Below, piece after piece: positions 1 to 11,289 of a stretch of DNA of 64,000 nucleotides (the stretch's first letter is position 1; each line of letters starts with the position of its first letter). The notes below the pieces were generated by a model. It saw only the letters and a program-made list of their open reading frames with translations. It was not told where the DNA came from and did not search any database. The translations under genes and the position numbers were made by a program. The DNA comes from an uncultured delta proteobacterium (GTDB lineage: Bacteria > Desulfobacterota > Binatia > Binatales > Binataceae), in the NCBI GenBank assembly GCA_963834535.1, contig CAWICC010000005.1:758618-822617 (forward strand), written 5' to 3'.

Positions 1-1
1 C

Positions 2-556
2 CGCCGCGAGCTCCTCGACCATCTCTTCGTTCAGAACAAGACCGCCCGCCGCGTCACCATGGAGCTTGACTCCTCCGAGCTCCTCAAGCGCCTCATCGTC
101 GCCGGCCTCGGCATCAGCTTCATGCCCCGCATCAACTTCATCGACGAGATCAAGGCAGGCCTCGTCCAGGCCATCGACGTCGAAGGCGTCGACATCCCCC
201 GCGATCTCGGCATCATCTCCCTGCAGAGCGTCCCGCTCTCCCGCGCCGCCAAAGCCTTCTTCACCTTCGCCACCGGCACCACCCGGCCCGAACCCGGCAC
301 CGGCATCCATCGACGTCGGCGAAGAGCTCGAAGACGATACCTCCCTCGCCATCGGCACCCCGCCTTCGGGCAAGAAATCTTCTTGACACTACCCCCATCT
401 CGCTCTAGCGTTGTCCTCAACATCACCCTCACGCTGAGGCACCCCGTGGCGCACGATCCCACAACGCCGCCCTCCCATAAGCGTCTCAACTGGCGCGCCT
501 CTTCGCGCCCTTCTCCATCATCGCCACCATCCTCTATGTCGTCTTCTTCGCCATAG
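2..556 (+). CDS. LysR-family transcriptional regulator, C-terminal effector-binding domain (5' end cut by window edge; 3' end uncertain)
   Basis: Frame-2 translation from nt 2 reads ...RVTMELDSSELLKRLIVAGLGISFMPRINFIDEIKAGLVQAIDVEGVDIPRDLGIISLQSVPLSRAAKAFFTF, which is typical of a LysR C-terminus. After about nt 290 the in-frame tail becomes Arg/Pro/Ser-rich and looks out of frame. The neighbouring frame gives a more protein-like tail (..IDVGEELEDDTSLAIGTPPSGKKSS) ending at TGA 384-386, so the real end may be 386 with an indel near 300. Confidence 0.6.
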   Translation, partial: RRELLDHLFVQNKTARRVTMELDSSELLKRLIVAGLGISFMPRINFIDEIKAGLVQAIDVEGVDIPRDLGIISLQSVPLSRAAKAFFTFATGTTRPEPGTGIHRRRRRARRRYLPRHRHPAFGQEIFLTLPPSRSSVVLNITLTLRHPVAHDPTTPPSHKRLNWRASSRPSPSSPPSSMSSSSP

Positions 557-609
557 AGCTCGTCCACTACTACACCGAGCCCCACGAGACCAAGCCACCC
601 ACCTTCATC

Positions 610-1269
610 GTGGCCATGCAGAACACCGTCTCGCAACAGATCGCGGAGATCAAACAGGTCGACGCCTTCCGTCTCTCCGGCACCTTCATCACCGATCTCT
701 ACGACTTCAACTGCACCTGGTATCTCCACTGCGAATCCAACGAGCCTCCCAAGGTAGACCTCGCGGAGTACCTGCGCACCCACCCACTCGACACCCCACT
801 CACCTACCGCGAGCAGTCCATCGCCGAACCCGACCCCACGCCCCCAGCGCGCCTCATCATCCCCGTTGGTCCGCTGCCCGTTCCCACCTTTCACACCCTC
901 TTCGGTACGCCGCACGCGCTCCTCACGACGGCCTCCTCCATCCATGCTGCTGGCGCCTGGGCGGTGCTCATGTTCATCAGCTGCAGCGTCATCTACTTCC
1001 TCGTTCCCATCCTTCTCTTCCGCAATACTGAAAATCGCGGCTTCATCTACTTCTGGATGGTCATGGCCGCGCCCTTCGGCATCCCCGGCGTCGTCACCGT
1101 CTTCCAATTCATCGCGCAGTCTCTCTTCCACGGCGTCAACTGGGCGCTCGGTCTGCTCGTCGTCGTCTGCGGATGGGCCTCTGCTCTCAGCCTCATCGTC
1201 GCCGTCCCCCACATCGTCAAGGCCCCGCATGAGGTCCTCGAAGCCGCGGAGACCATGCACCACCTCTAA
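610..1269 (+). CDS. hypothetical integral membrane protein (possibly N-terminally longer or frameshifted)
   Basis: This is a 219-aa ORF starting at GTG 610, with hydrophobic helices in the C-terminal half (AWAVLMFISCSVIYFLVPILLF, FIYFWMVMAAPFGIPGVVTVF, LGLLVVVCGWASALSLIVAV). No family was recognised. In-frame sequence 481-609 encodes another helix (LFAPFSIIATILYVVFFAIELV) but has no start codon. GTG 446 in the adjacent frame could be the true start if there is an indel near 490-500. Confidence 0.5.
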   Translation: MAMQNTVSQQIAEIKQVDAFRLSGTFITDLYDFNCTWYLHCESNEPPKVDLAEYLRTHPLDTPLTYREQSIAEPDPTPPARLIIPVGPLPVPTFHTLFGTPHALLTTASSIHAAGAWAVLMFISCSVIYFLVPILLFRNTENRGFIYFWMVMAAPFGIPGVVTVFQFIAQSLFHGVNWALGLLVVVCGWASALSLIVAVPHIVKAPHEVLEAAETMHHL

Positions 1270-1281
1270 CCTTCGCGCCGG

Positions 1282-2685
1282 CTACTTTGCCGCGCGCGCC
1301 TCTGCCGCCTTCGTCTTCGCCGCCCAAGCCGCATAGGTCAGCCGGTCTTTCTCCCGCTGCCAAACATCATCAGGCAGCGCTGTCAGCTGCTCCCGCGTCA
1401 ACGCCGGAAACCCCGTCCCCAGCGCATCGATCCCCGCCTCGCGGTCTTCGCGAAAGAAATTCTTCGCCTCGTCCACATGGTTCTCCGTCAGCCACGTCCC
1501 CACATGCGTCGTCGGCTCCTTCGCAATCGTCGCGGCATCCCAGAACGCAAAGTGCAGCTGCTCATTCAGCCAGGCCACGCCATCGCGGTCCACCCACGAA
1601 GGCCGATGGCTGATCCCCGGATACACCACGGTCGTGAACATATTCTTCGCCGCCGCGGACTCCGGCCCCACCAGCGCCAGCGCGCGCTCCTTCTGCTCCG
1701 CAAACCAAGCCGGCGGATGATGCGCCATATCCATCACCGTATCCGCCGACCCATTCATCACCAGCAGCGGGCCGCGCTCCGCATTCAGTGCATACAACAC
1801 CGCCCCGCGATCGCCCAGCGGCAGCAGCGCCTTGTACGGAGGCATCTGGCAGGGCAGGGGATTCGCATCGAAGTACCCACCCGGCCCGTCATACACCCCG
1901 CCGCCCGAGATCACCACCGCATGAATCCGCGTATCGATCGCGCCCGTGATCCCCACAATAAATCCGCCCATCGAGTATCCCGCCACCCCAATCCGCGCCG
2001 GGTCCACATCCTTCCGCGATAGCAGATAGCTCACCGCCTGCATCACATCCACCTGCATCAGCCCGCCCAGCCGCTGCCCCCAGTCCGTCCGCGGCAGCCC
2101 CTTCGGTGGGCTCACCCACGCATCATGCACGCCCGTCCGAGACCTCTTATCGACATTCCGCTCGCCCTCGCCGATCGGGTCATATGTCACCACTACCGCT
2201 CCGGCCTTCGCAAACAGCATCCCGCCGTACATCGCGTACCAGCTGTACTTGTCGCCGCCATGCCCATTCACAATCACAATTCCCGGCAGCTTTCCATGCG
2301 CAGCGGTCGTTGCCGGGTCCGGGTAGTACACAATCGCGGGCACGATCATTCCATCCGCCGTCGCATAACTCACCCGGTCCACCTTCACCCCCGGCATCGC
2401 CACGAACGACCCATACGTCCTCGCCTCCAGCCTCGGCAGCGTCTTCGGAATGAACAACGCCGTCCGAATCAACGCTCGCCAGTGCTCAATCCGCTCATGC
2501 TCCTGCGCCGCGCTCAAGCTCGAAGCCGGAGCCAGCGCCGCCACCGGCGCACCGATCCCCGCATCCGCCCGCTCGGCCTTCGTCATCCGCCCATCCGGAT
2601 CGTTCGGCCCAATCTCCTGCGCCCGCGCCGCCACTCTCGCCAGGCACAGCACACCCGCCAATACTGCCATCCGCCGCAACTTCAT
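1282..2685 (-). CDS. secreted alpha/beta hydrolase (acetyl-xylan-esterase / dienelactone-hydrolase-like)
   Basis: Intact 467-aa ORF. It has an N-terminal signal peptide (MKLRRMAVLAGVLCLARVAARAQE), a nucleophile elbow GYSMGG and an HGGDK-type motif upstream. The alpha/beta-hydrolase fold is inferred from these motifs. Confidence 0.8.
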   Translation of the reverse strand: MKLRRMAVLAGVLCLARVAARAQEIGPNDPDGRMTKAERADAGIGAPVAALAPASSLSAAQEHERIEHWRALIRTALFIPKTLPRLEARTYGSFVAMPGVKVDRVSYATADGMIVPAIVYYPDPATTAAHGKLPGIVIVNGHGGDKYSWYAMYGGMLFAKAGAVVVTYDPIGEGERNVDKRSRTGVHDAWVSPPKGLPRTDWGQRLGGLMQVDVMQAVSYLLSRKDVDPARIGVAGYSMGGFIVGITGAIDTRIHAVVISGGGVYDGPGGYFDANPLPCQMPPYKALLPLGDRGAVLYALNAERGPLLVMNGSADTVMDMAHHPPAWFAEQKERALALVGPESAAAKNMFTTVVYPGISHRPSWVDRDGVAWLNEQLHFAFWDAATIAKEPTTHVGTWLTENHVDEAKNFFREDREAGIDALGTGFPALTREQLTALPDDVWQREKDRLTYAAWAAKTKAAEARAAK

Positions 2686-2803
2686 CCACGCCTCGCTTCA
2701 AGCGCCTCGTGCCGTTTAAAGTGACCCCTAAGACTATGGGATCCGAAGCTAACTCCAATCCGCTGCGGATCTTAGCCCCAAAAGGGGGGAGGGGTACCAC
2801 CCC

Positions 2804-3247
2804 CTAAATCTGCGGCGAAAAGTCCGTCAGCTTCAAAAACGTCGACTCGTGCAGCTTCACAAACGGCCCATCCTTCTCCGTCTCCTTCTTCACCGCCACC
2901 CACTCCGGATCGCTCGAAAACTGCTTCCAGCTCTCCGTCGCGGCCTCGCGGCTCTTATGCCGCAGCATGTACACCAGCGTCCGACCGGCCAGAGGCTCAT
3001 CCGTCGGCACCCAGTACGCCACCGGATGCATCCCGCACCGCACAAAGATGCTCCGCTCCTTCGTCCTGAACCGGTCCAGAATCAGCTCCTGCTTGCCTTC
3101 GTTCAGGTGATAGATGCGCAGCTCATACACCGTCTCCGGCCCAACACTCTCCTGCGCACTGGCGTTCATCGCTCCCAACGCCATCGCCATGCCTGCCGCT
3201 CCCTTCAACACATCGCGCCTGTCCATCGCTATCTCCTCTTCGCTCAT
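2804..3247 (-). CDS. NIPSNAP family protein with twin-arginine signal
   Basis: Intact 147-aa ORF. It has a Tat-like N-terminus (MDRRDVLKGAAGMAMALGAMNASA). The mature part (VYELRIYHLNEGKQELILDRFRTKERSIFVRCGMHPVAYWVP...) matches the NIPSNAP pattern. Confidence 0.75.
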   Translation of the reverse strand: MSEEEIAMDRRDVLKGAAGMAMALGAMNASAQESVGPETVYELRIYHLNEGKQELILDRFRTKERSIFVRCGMHPVAYWVPTDEPLAGRTLVYMLRHKSREAATESWKQFSSDPEWVAVKKETEKDGPFVKLHESTFLKLTDFSPQI

Positions 3248-3331
3248 CCTTGAGCCCCATCATCCTAACAACGCGAACCACGCTTGCCTCGCATGTCGCA
3301 TACTAACCACGTCAAGGAGAAGCACCCACCC

Positions 3332-4300
3332 ATGCAGCTAGGCCTCTTCACTCCCGTCTTCCAGGACCTCACTCTCGACCAGATGCTCACCGAACTCCGC
3401 GCCTACCCCGCCATCACCGCCCTCGAGCTCGGCACCGGCGGTTGGCCCGGAGCCAGCCACATCGCGGTCGACACGCTCCTCGACAACCCCGCCGCCGCCC
3501 GCGACTACCGCTCCCGCCTCGCGACGCCGGCCTCACCATCAGCGCGCTCTCCTGCCACAGCAACCCCATCCACCCCAACCCCGCCATCGCCCACCGCGAC
3601 GACGAAACATTCCGCAAGACGGTACAGCTCGCCGAGCAGCTGGAAGTGCCACCGTCGTTACATTCTCCGGCTGCCCCGGCGCCTCCGCACACGACGCCAC
3701 GCCCAACTGGATCATCGCCTCCTGGCCGCCCGAGTACGCCACCGCGCTGGACTGGCAGTGGGACGAGCGCCTCATCCCCTACTGGCGCGAGGCCGCAGCC
3801 TTCGCCGCAAACGCACGACGTCAGCATCGCGCTCGAAGCCCACCCCGGCTTCATGGTCTACAACCCGGAGACGCTGCTCCGCCTCCGCGCAGAGACCGGC
3901 GCCATCCCTCGGCATCAATCTCGACCCCAGCCATCTCTGGTGGCAGGGCGTCGACATCCCCACCGCCATCCGCGCCTGGGCCCCGCCATCCACCACGTCC
4001 ACGCCAAAGACGTTGCCACTCAACCCACCCATGCTGCAACGCAACGGCGTGCTCGACACCAAGAGCTACGCCGACCTCGCGCAACCGCTCCTGGAGCTTC
4101 CGCTCCGTCGGCTGGGGCCACAGCGAGCTCGAGTGGAAGCAGATCGTCTCCGCGCTGCGCCTCGCCGGCTACGACGACGTCCTCTGCATCGAGCACGAGG
4201 ACGCGCTCGCCTCGACGCCGCGAGGGCCTCACCTCCGCCGATCGCCTGCTCTCCCGCGTCCTGCTCACGGAGCCAGCGGTCAAACGCCTGGTGGGCCTAG
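3332..4300 (+). pseudogene. sugar phosphate isomerase/epimerase (xylose-isomerase-like TIM barrel), multiply frameshifted
   Basis: AAGGAG lies 12 nt upstream of ATG 3332. Recognisable segments are spread over all three plus frames: MQLGLFTPVFQDLTLDQMLTELRAYPAITALELGTGGWPGASHI; AGLTISALSCHSNPIHPNPAIAHRDDETFRKTVQLAEQLEVP; HDVSIALEAHPGFMVYNPETLLRLRAETGA; LGINLDPSHLWWQGVDIPTAIRA; IHHVHAKDV; then a ..GYDDVLCIEHEDALAS..-type segment and a C-terminal ..NAWWA stop at 4300. At least 5-6 frame changes are needed. Confidence 0.75.
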
Positions 4301-4301
4301 C

Positions 4302-5602
4302 TTACCGGCTGCTGCGCGTCTCAAGGGATGCCTCCGCTCCGCAGCGCGCTCGACCTAGAGCGGCATCCACCGGAAGCTCTCCGCCGTCCCCGCTACTCGG
4401 CTCATCCTTGAAGGTCAGCAGCATCATCACCAGCATCGCGCCCGCGGCCACCGCGGCGAACAGCCATATCGACCGCCACGCATGCACCACCGCACCCGCC
4501 GCCGTCAGGCGTCGAGTAGTGCTCCACCACCGCGCCCGACAGCCACGATCCCACGAACATGCCCACGCCATAGGTGATGAACGTGATCAGCCTCTGCGTC
4601 GCCGCCCGCAGCGCCGCAGGGCTCTCGCGGTCAATGTAGATCTGCCCGGTGACAAAGAAGAAGTCATAGCAGATGCCATGCAGCACGATGCCGAGCCAGA
4701 ACATCCACATCCATCCGCCGCTGTTGCCATACGCGAACAACACATACCGCACCACCCACGCCAGCATGCCCCAGCCCAGCATGTACTTGACGCCGAGCCT
4801 GCGAAAGAACCACGGGATCAGCAGCATGCAGAACAGCTCCGACATCTGCCCGCCGGTCATCTTGCCCGCAGCGTTCTTCACGCCCGCCTCATTCAGAAAC
4901 AGGTTGGTGAACGCGTAGTAGAACTGCAGCGGAATGCAGATCAGAAACGATGCGAGCACAAACACCACCATCGACCGCTCGCGCAGCACGACGAACGCCT
5001 CGCGCGGAAACAGCTTCTTCGCGTGCGCGCGCCCTCGCCGCCAGCGGCGGCGTATGCGGCAGCGTCAGGCAATACGCCGCCATCAGCAGGGACGCCGCAC
5101 ACGCAATCTGCAACGGCCGCTGCCGTGCTCTCCAGCCGCAGCATACCCGACCAGCAACCCCGCGACGATCCATCCCGCCGTGCCCAGCACGCGGATCGGT
5201 CCAAACTCCAGCCAGGATCGCGCATCTGCCGAAACGCCAGCGAGTTCGTCAGCGCCAGCGTCGGCATAAAGCACAGGCAGTACAGCAGAAGCAGCACGTA
5301 CTCGATCGCGCCAAAGCTTGTCTGCAGCGAGGCGGCCAGCAGCAGCGCGCCGCCCAGCCAGATGCAGCGCCGCCAGCACCCGCTCGCGTCGCAAACAACT
5401 CGTCGGCAATCAGCCCCACGAAGAACGGCGCAATCATCGCGCCCACCGCCGTCGTGCCCGCCGCCAGCGCCATCTGCTCGCCGGTGAAGTGCAGCGTCTG
5501 CGTCAGCCAGGTCCCGACCGTCACATACCACGCGCCCCAGATGAAGTACTCCAGAAACATCATCGTGCCCAGCCGCGTCTGCATCGCTCGCGTCATGCTC
5601 AC
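4302..5602 (-). pseudogene. MFS nucleoside:H+ symporter-like transporter (NupG/XapB-like), multiply frameshifted
   Basis: The N-terminus is [62 protein letters not shown] (ORF 5249..5602). Middle pieces sit in ORFs 4941..5531, 5083..5409 and 4889..5173. The C-terminal half is ...LGIVLHGICYDFFFVTGQIYIDRESP... (ORF 4402..4989), and the last helix WRSIWLFAAVAAGAMLVMMLLTF is in ORF 4302..4571. At least 4-5 frame changes are needed. Confidence 0.7.
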
Positions 5603-5615
5603 GCCTTCAGCGCAT

Positions 5616-6507
5616 TCACATACTCATAGTCGATGCGCAGAGCATCCATCGGTGGCATATCGAAGCCCTCCTGCTCCACGAAGTAGTGCTTGATGTTCGC
5701 TGCCTTCGCCGCCGCAAAGATCGGAGCATAGTTCTCCGTTCCCGTCCCAGCTCCGCCGGCGGCGGCGGATCGTCACGATCGGCAGGTTTGTCCGTCGGCT
5801 TGAAGTCCTTGATGTGCAGCAGCGTAATCCGTGTCGGATACTTCTTCAGATAATCCACCGCGACTGCCGCCACCCACCTTCACCCAGCCGCAGTCCAACT
5901 CAAACGTCACCAGCGTTCGGATCGGCGGCTGCAATCATCGCGTCATACGGCACCACCCCATTCTGCTGCGCAAACTCCATCGTGTGGTTGTGATACCCAA
6001 GCTGCAGTCCCCGCAGCCTTCGTCTTCTCACCCATCTTGTTCAGCTGGTCCATCGTCCACCGCAGGTCGTCCACGGTAAACGCGCGCACCTGGTCAGCAA
6101 AGCTCAAACCCTGCACGCGGGCCGGATCGCGGAACCATGGAAACGAGCAGATCACATAATGGCATCCCAGCTTCAGGTGATAGTCGATGATGCTGTCCAC
6201 ATTCGGCGCCAGGTCCTTGTACGAGTAGTGTCCGCCCACGCAGTTCAATTGCGCGTCCGCCATCGCCTGCTTCACCTGCTCCGGCGTATGTCCATAGAAC
6301 CCCGCAGCCTCCACCTCGCGGTACCCGATCGCACCCACCTGCTTCAGCGTCCCTGCATAATCCTTCGCCAGCTGCTCACGCACGGAGTACAGCTGCAACC
6401 CCACCGGCCGCCCCCATGGCGAAGCCCACGCCACGCGGCCACCGCCGCAGCACCCAGCAAACTCAACCCTGTGCCCTTAAAAACGCACGTCGTGTCCACG
6501 GCTGCAT
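5616..6507 (-). pseudogene. sugar phosphate isomerase/epimerase (TIM barrel) with Tat signal, multiply frameshifted
   Basis: ATG 6507 gives MQPWTRRAFL. A 1-nt deletion near 6483 is then needed to continue as KGTGLSLLGAAAVAA. Another shift near 6445 leads into GLQLYSVREQLAKDYAGTLKQVGAIGYREVEAAGFYGHTPEQVKQ... (ORF 5943..6434). The C-terminal piece KYPTRITLLHIKDFKP... is in ORF 5616..5873, and its tail is again out of frame. Confidence 0.7.
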
Positions 6508-6720
6508 CGCAGATCTCCCGGTCCGGTTGAAAGTTCATTCGGCGTAAGGGCTGTCTTGCCGTAGCCCATAAGCTATCGCCAGCTTTCGCAACACAGACTA
6601 TCAGATGGCTCCCGTTCCCTGCCCACTCTGGTTGAATCGCTTCAATACTAGACCACCACTGCCTCGGCGTTATATAGTTCACCGCGTCAGGACTCCTCGC
6701 TGAAAGGCCTCCTTACCGCC

Positions 6721-7657
6721 ATGTCCCTTCGCCGCAGCCTTCTCTCCGCCGTTGTGCTCTCGCTCTTCGCCGCCTCTGCCCCTCGCTCAAGCTCAACAAA
6801 GCCGACCCGCCATCACCGGCATCTCGCATATGTGCGTCCTCGCGCACGACACCGCAGCCTCGGCAGACTTCTACGGCCGCATCCTCGGCGCCACCAAGGC
6901 CCCGATCTCCAGGACCCCGCCGGCACGCGCTTTTACTTCAGCCCCACGCAGTTCATTGAGGTGCTGCCGCTGCCCGCCGATCACGTCGGCCTCAGCCGCA
7001 TCTCCTGCGTGGCCTTCAACACCGTCAACGCAACAGGCCTCCGCGCCTACCTCATGGCGCACGGCGTCTCCAACGCATCGCCGCTCAAAACCGCCACCGA
7101 CGGCAGCCACTGGTTCGTCACCCTCGACCCCGAAGGCAACGAAGTCCAGTTCGTCCAGCCCGGCCATCCCACCGTCGTCATCGACAACGCAAAGTCCATC
7201 AGTCACCACATCATCCACGTCGGCTACATGGTCAAGAACCGCGCGGACGAAGATCACTTCTACCGCGAGCTCCTCGGCTTCCGCCCCTACTGGTACGGCG
7301 CCATGCAGCCTAATCACCTCGACTGGATCTCCCAGCAGGTCCCCAACGGCCACGACTGGATCGAGTACATGATGGTCGGCGAAGGCTCCGACACGCCGGC
7401 GAACCACGTCGACGCGCGCACCCTCGGCGTGCTCAATCACTTCTCACTCGGCGTCGCCAACATGGAGGCCGCCGTCACCAAGCTCTACCAGCAGGACCGC
7501 CTCTCCCCGCGCCACGACGGCCCGCAGATGGGCCGCGACGGCAAGTGGCAGGCCAACCTCTACGACCCCGACGGCACCCGCGTCGAGCTCATGGAGTTCC
7601 AGCCCGTCATCCAAGCCCTGCTGCTCAGCCTTCACCGCCTCCAGCCCCACGCACTAG
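6721..7657 (+). pseudogene. two-domain VOC (glyoxalase/bleomycin-resistance/dioxygenase) family protein, frameshifted
   Basis: The signal-like N-terminus is MSLRRSLLSAVVLSLFAAS. A shift near 6778 leads into AQAQQSRPAITGISHMCVLAHDTAASADFYGRILGATKAP (ORF 6752 frame). A shift back near 6903 leads into DLQDPAGTRFYFSPTQFIEVLP...HHIIHVGYMVKNRADEDHFYRELLGF...GVLNHFSLGV... A likely last shift near 7615 gives ..KPCCSAFTASSPTH and stop TAG 7655-7657. Confidence 0.7.
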
Positions 7658-8743
7658 CCCTTGCCGCTGCGCTTCACCTTCGCCGTTGACTCCCGCACCA
7701 TCAGCTCCGGCGCCATCACCACCTTCGCCGGATGCTTCCCCTCCGGCTCGCGTATCCGCGCAATCAGCTCCGCCACCGCCCGAGCCCCCATCGCCTCCAG
7801 TGGCTGCCGCACCGTCGTCAGCCGCGGCGTATAAAACGCAGCCACGCCAATATCATCAAATCCCACCACCGACACATCCTCCGGACACCGCAACCCTGCA
7901 TCCGCCAGCGCCCGCATCGCACCAATGGCAGACGTGTCATTGAACCCACACACCGCCGTGAACCGAGGGTCGCGTGCGCATCAGCTCGGCCACCTTCGTA
8001 TACGCCAGCTCCGGCGTCACCTGGTCATGGTTCATCTCCAGGCTCAACTCCGGCCGCACCTCGATCCCGTACTCCTGCGCCGCCTTCAGCATCAGCCGCC
8101 ACCGCTCACCGCTCTCCAGGCACGAGGGCTGTCCCTTCATCATCAGCACGCGCCTGTGCCCCAGCTTCGCCAGGTGCTCCAGCGAAAGCCGTGCGCCCAG
8201 CCGCTGGTCTACCACCACGCTCGTCACCCCCGGCTCCTTCGTCGCATAGGAGATCGTCACCGCTGGAATCACCGGCGGCTCCATCACCTTCGTATTCATA
8301 AAGATCAGCCCATCCACTGCGCGCTGCCGCAGCAGCAGCGGATACTCCCGCAGCAGGTCCTCGCGCGAAAGGTGGCTCACCGTGAAGTAGAGATATCCCG
8401 CATCCACCAGCGCCTCTTCCAGCCCCCGCATCACCCGCGTGTAGTACCCATCGCTCGACTCCGGAACGATCACCCCAATCGTCCGCGTCTCACGCTTGCT
8501 CAACGAACGCGCCAGCAGGTTCGGACGATAGTTGAACTTCTTCACCGCCTCCAGAATTCGCGCCCGCGTCTCTGCCGTCATCGCCTTCGCCAGCGGCACA
8601 TCGTTGATTACCATCGACACCGACGCCGGCGAGAGCCCCAGATACCGCGCAATCTCTTTCAGCCCCGGCGGCTTTCCGCTGTCACGCACCGGCTTGTCCT
8701 GTTGCGGCGTAGTGGATTTCCTGGGCAAAGTCTTTCGTTTCAC
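7654..8743 (-). pseudogene. LacI-family transcriptional regulator, one frameshift
   Basis: The HTH is [23 protein letters not shown], followed by a periplasmic-binding-like core. ORF 7937..8743 (..AELMRT) and ORF 7654..7953 (..CGFNDTSAIGAMRALADAGLRCPEDVSVVGFDDI...) join through a single-base indel near 7975 (..ELMR RDPRFTAVCGFND..). Confidence 0.8.
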
Positions 8744-8960
8744 CTGTCTGCGCTGCGCTATCGCCGCGCCCTCTGCGTTTGGTTTCGATCATGTCATATC
8801 GCCGCCCCTTCAGCAATCACGCAGCGGTCTGCAAGTCCTGTATAAACCGCCTCAACGCCTTTATCTTGACAGCCCGCGGCCCCGGCTTGTAGAAGTTCTA
8901 CATCGCATAGAAGTCAATCGTTTTAGTAATGAAGAAAATCGTTTGTCTAAGGAGCTTGTA

Positions 8961-10428
<1,468 letters not shown>

Positions 10429-10462
10429 GGCCGTCCCGCAAACCGGCTCGAGCCTCCACCCT

Positions 10463-10493
10463 GCCCTCCTGTAGCCCGCCGCTGCAGGAGGGC
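10463..10493 (+). terminator. GC-rich hairpin downstream of the GH1 gene (terminator-like, no U-tract)
   Basis: GCCCTCCTG (10463-10471) pairs perfectly with CAGGAGGGC (10485-10493) around a 13-nt loop. It lies 35 nt after the GH1 stop and is followed by TAAAAAC rather than a T-run. Confidence 0.35.
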
Positions 10494-10602
10494 TAAAAAC
10501 ACCCCGCGAAATCACCATCTTTTCTCACACAGCCGTACATCCGCGGCGGTAGACTGCCTCAGCAACGCCAGGCCTCAATCTCTCTTTATGCAAGGAGCAA
10601 CC

Positions 10603-10809
10603 ATGTCAGACCTCGACGGCCGCACCCGCGAACACGGTGAGATCCATCACAAGAACCACTCCACCCACATCCACACCCTGCGCGAGACCTACGGCAAGCA
10701 CTTCGCCCCCGGCTACGACGACCACGCCACCCTCGGCGAGCTCCTTGAGAAGGAAAAGTTCGAATCCCTCTCTCAGTACCTCAAGCACCACGGCCACCAC
10801 GAAGCCTGA
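10603..10809 (+). CDS. small His-rich hypothetical protein (68 aa)
   Basis: AAGGAG (10592-10597) lies 5 nt upstream of ATG 10603, so the ORF-track start at 10588 is probably too far upstream. The protein is MSDLDGRTREHGEIHHKNHSTHIHTLRETYGKHFAPGYDDHATLGELLEKEKFESLSQYLKHHGHHEA, with 12 His in 68 residues. The ORF is intact. Confidence 0.6.
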   Translation: MSDLDGRTREHGEIHHKNHSTHIHTLRETYGKHFAPGYDDHATLGELLEKEKFESLSQYLKHHGHHEA

Positions 10810-11230
10810 CCCTGCCGCCTTCCGCTGGCGCGTGTCCGACGGCCCGACCCTCCAGGGTTGGGCCTCACCCCTGCCCACACCCCCTATCGTCCTTCGCCCG
10901 CGCAGTCACAATTTCATCCCCTCGAAAGACCGGCAAGTCGCGGGTTCGATGTCAACCCCCGACCAGCCAACCATGCCTCGAACTCTAACAAAACAATCAT
11001 GATATCCCCCAGAACGAAAAACACTTTCACCCCCGCCGGACCGCTATACTGGAAGTAGGGGAATCCATCTCTCGGGCACCCCGCGCCGTTCCTCGAAATA
11101 ACCCATTGGATATCCCATATCTAACCCCATTAGAATCATCCGCTTACCGGAGTGATCTCCGCGTAAGTCGTTGATTCTGCTAGATACCCTCCGCTACATA
11201 GGGAGGGGGGAGGGGGTATCACTCTCCCCG

Positions 11231-11265
11231 CAAAACAAAACCGGCGAGCATCCTTCGCTCGCCGG
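11231..11265 (-). terminator. rho-independent terminator of the receptor gene ending at 11290
   Basis: On the minus strand, 24 nt after the stop, the sequence reads CCGGCGAGC-gaaggat-GCTCGCCGG, a perfect 9-bp stem, followed directly by TTTTGTTTTG. Confidence 0.7.
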
Positions 11266-11289
11266 TCTCATCTCGTGCAAACATCCTGT

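Noticed and set aside
31-1263. 410-aa ORF on the minus strand covering the LysR end and the membrane-protein gene
   Set aside because: It is antisense to two plus-strand genes with recognisable or protein-like sequence. Its translation is Gly/Asp/Glu/Arg-rich low complexity, typical of stop-poor antisense frames in ~65% GC DNA.
3442-5487. 681-aa plus-strand ORF, the longest in the left block
   Set aside because: It is a composite. Its first part contains true segments of the frameshifted isomerase gene. The rest runs antisense through the MFS transporter gene and is Arg/Pro/Ala-rich nonsense. It is not a real protein.
10841-10864. Strong hairpin GGCCCGACCC-tcca-GGGTTGGGCC after the His-rich ORF, considered as an intrinsic terminator
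   Set aside because: It is followed by TCACCCCTGCCC, with no U-tract. It may still be an RNA-stabilising or Rho-related structure, but I cannot support a terminator call. It is mentioned only under the His-rich ORF finding.
10931-10969. tRNA-3'-end-like string GGCAAGTCGCGGGTTCGATGTCAACCCCCGACCAGCCA (GGTTCGA T-loop-like, ending CCA), possibly an att-site remnant
   Set aside because: No cloverleaf can be drawn. The sequence after GGGTTCGAT does not pair back as a canonical T-stem. No complementary 5' acceptor strand (TGGTCGG) lies within 100 nt upstream. The real composition break is at 12.8-13.0 kb, not here. tRNAscan-SE or ARAGORN could confirm the negative.
11181-11220. G-rich motif GGGGGGAGGGG(G)TA(C/T)C, seen here and at 2784-2798, both just 3' of minus-strand genes; considered as a repeat element or G-quadruplex
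   Set aside because: There are only two short copies, and their low-complexity G/C runs are easily explained as parts of local hairpins (GATACCCTCC...GGAGGGGGTATC; GGGGT-acc-ACCCC). There are not four well-spaced G3 tracts for a robust quadruplex.
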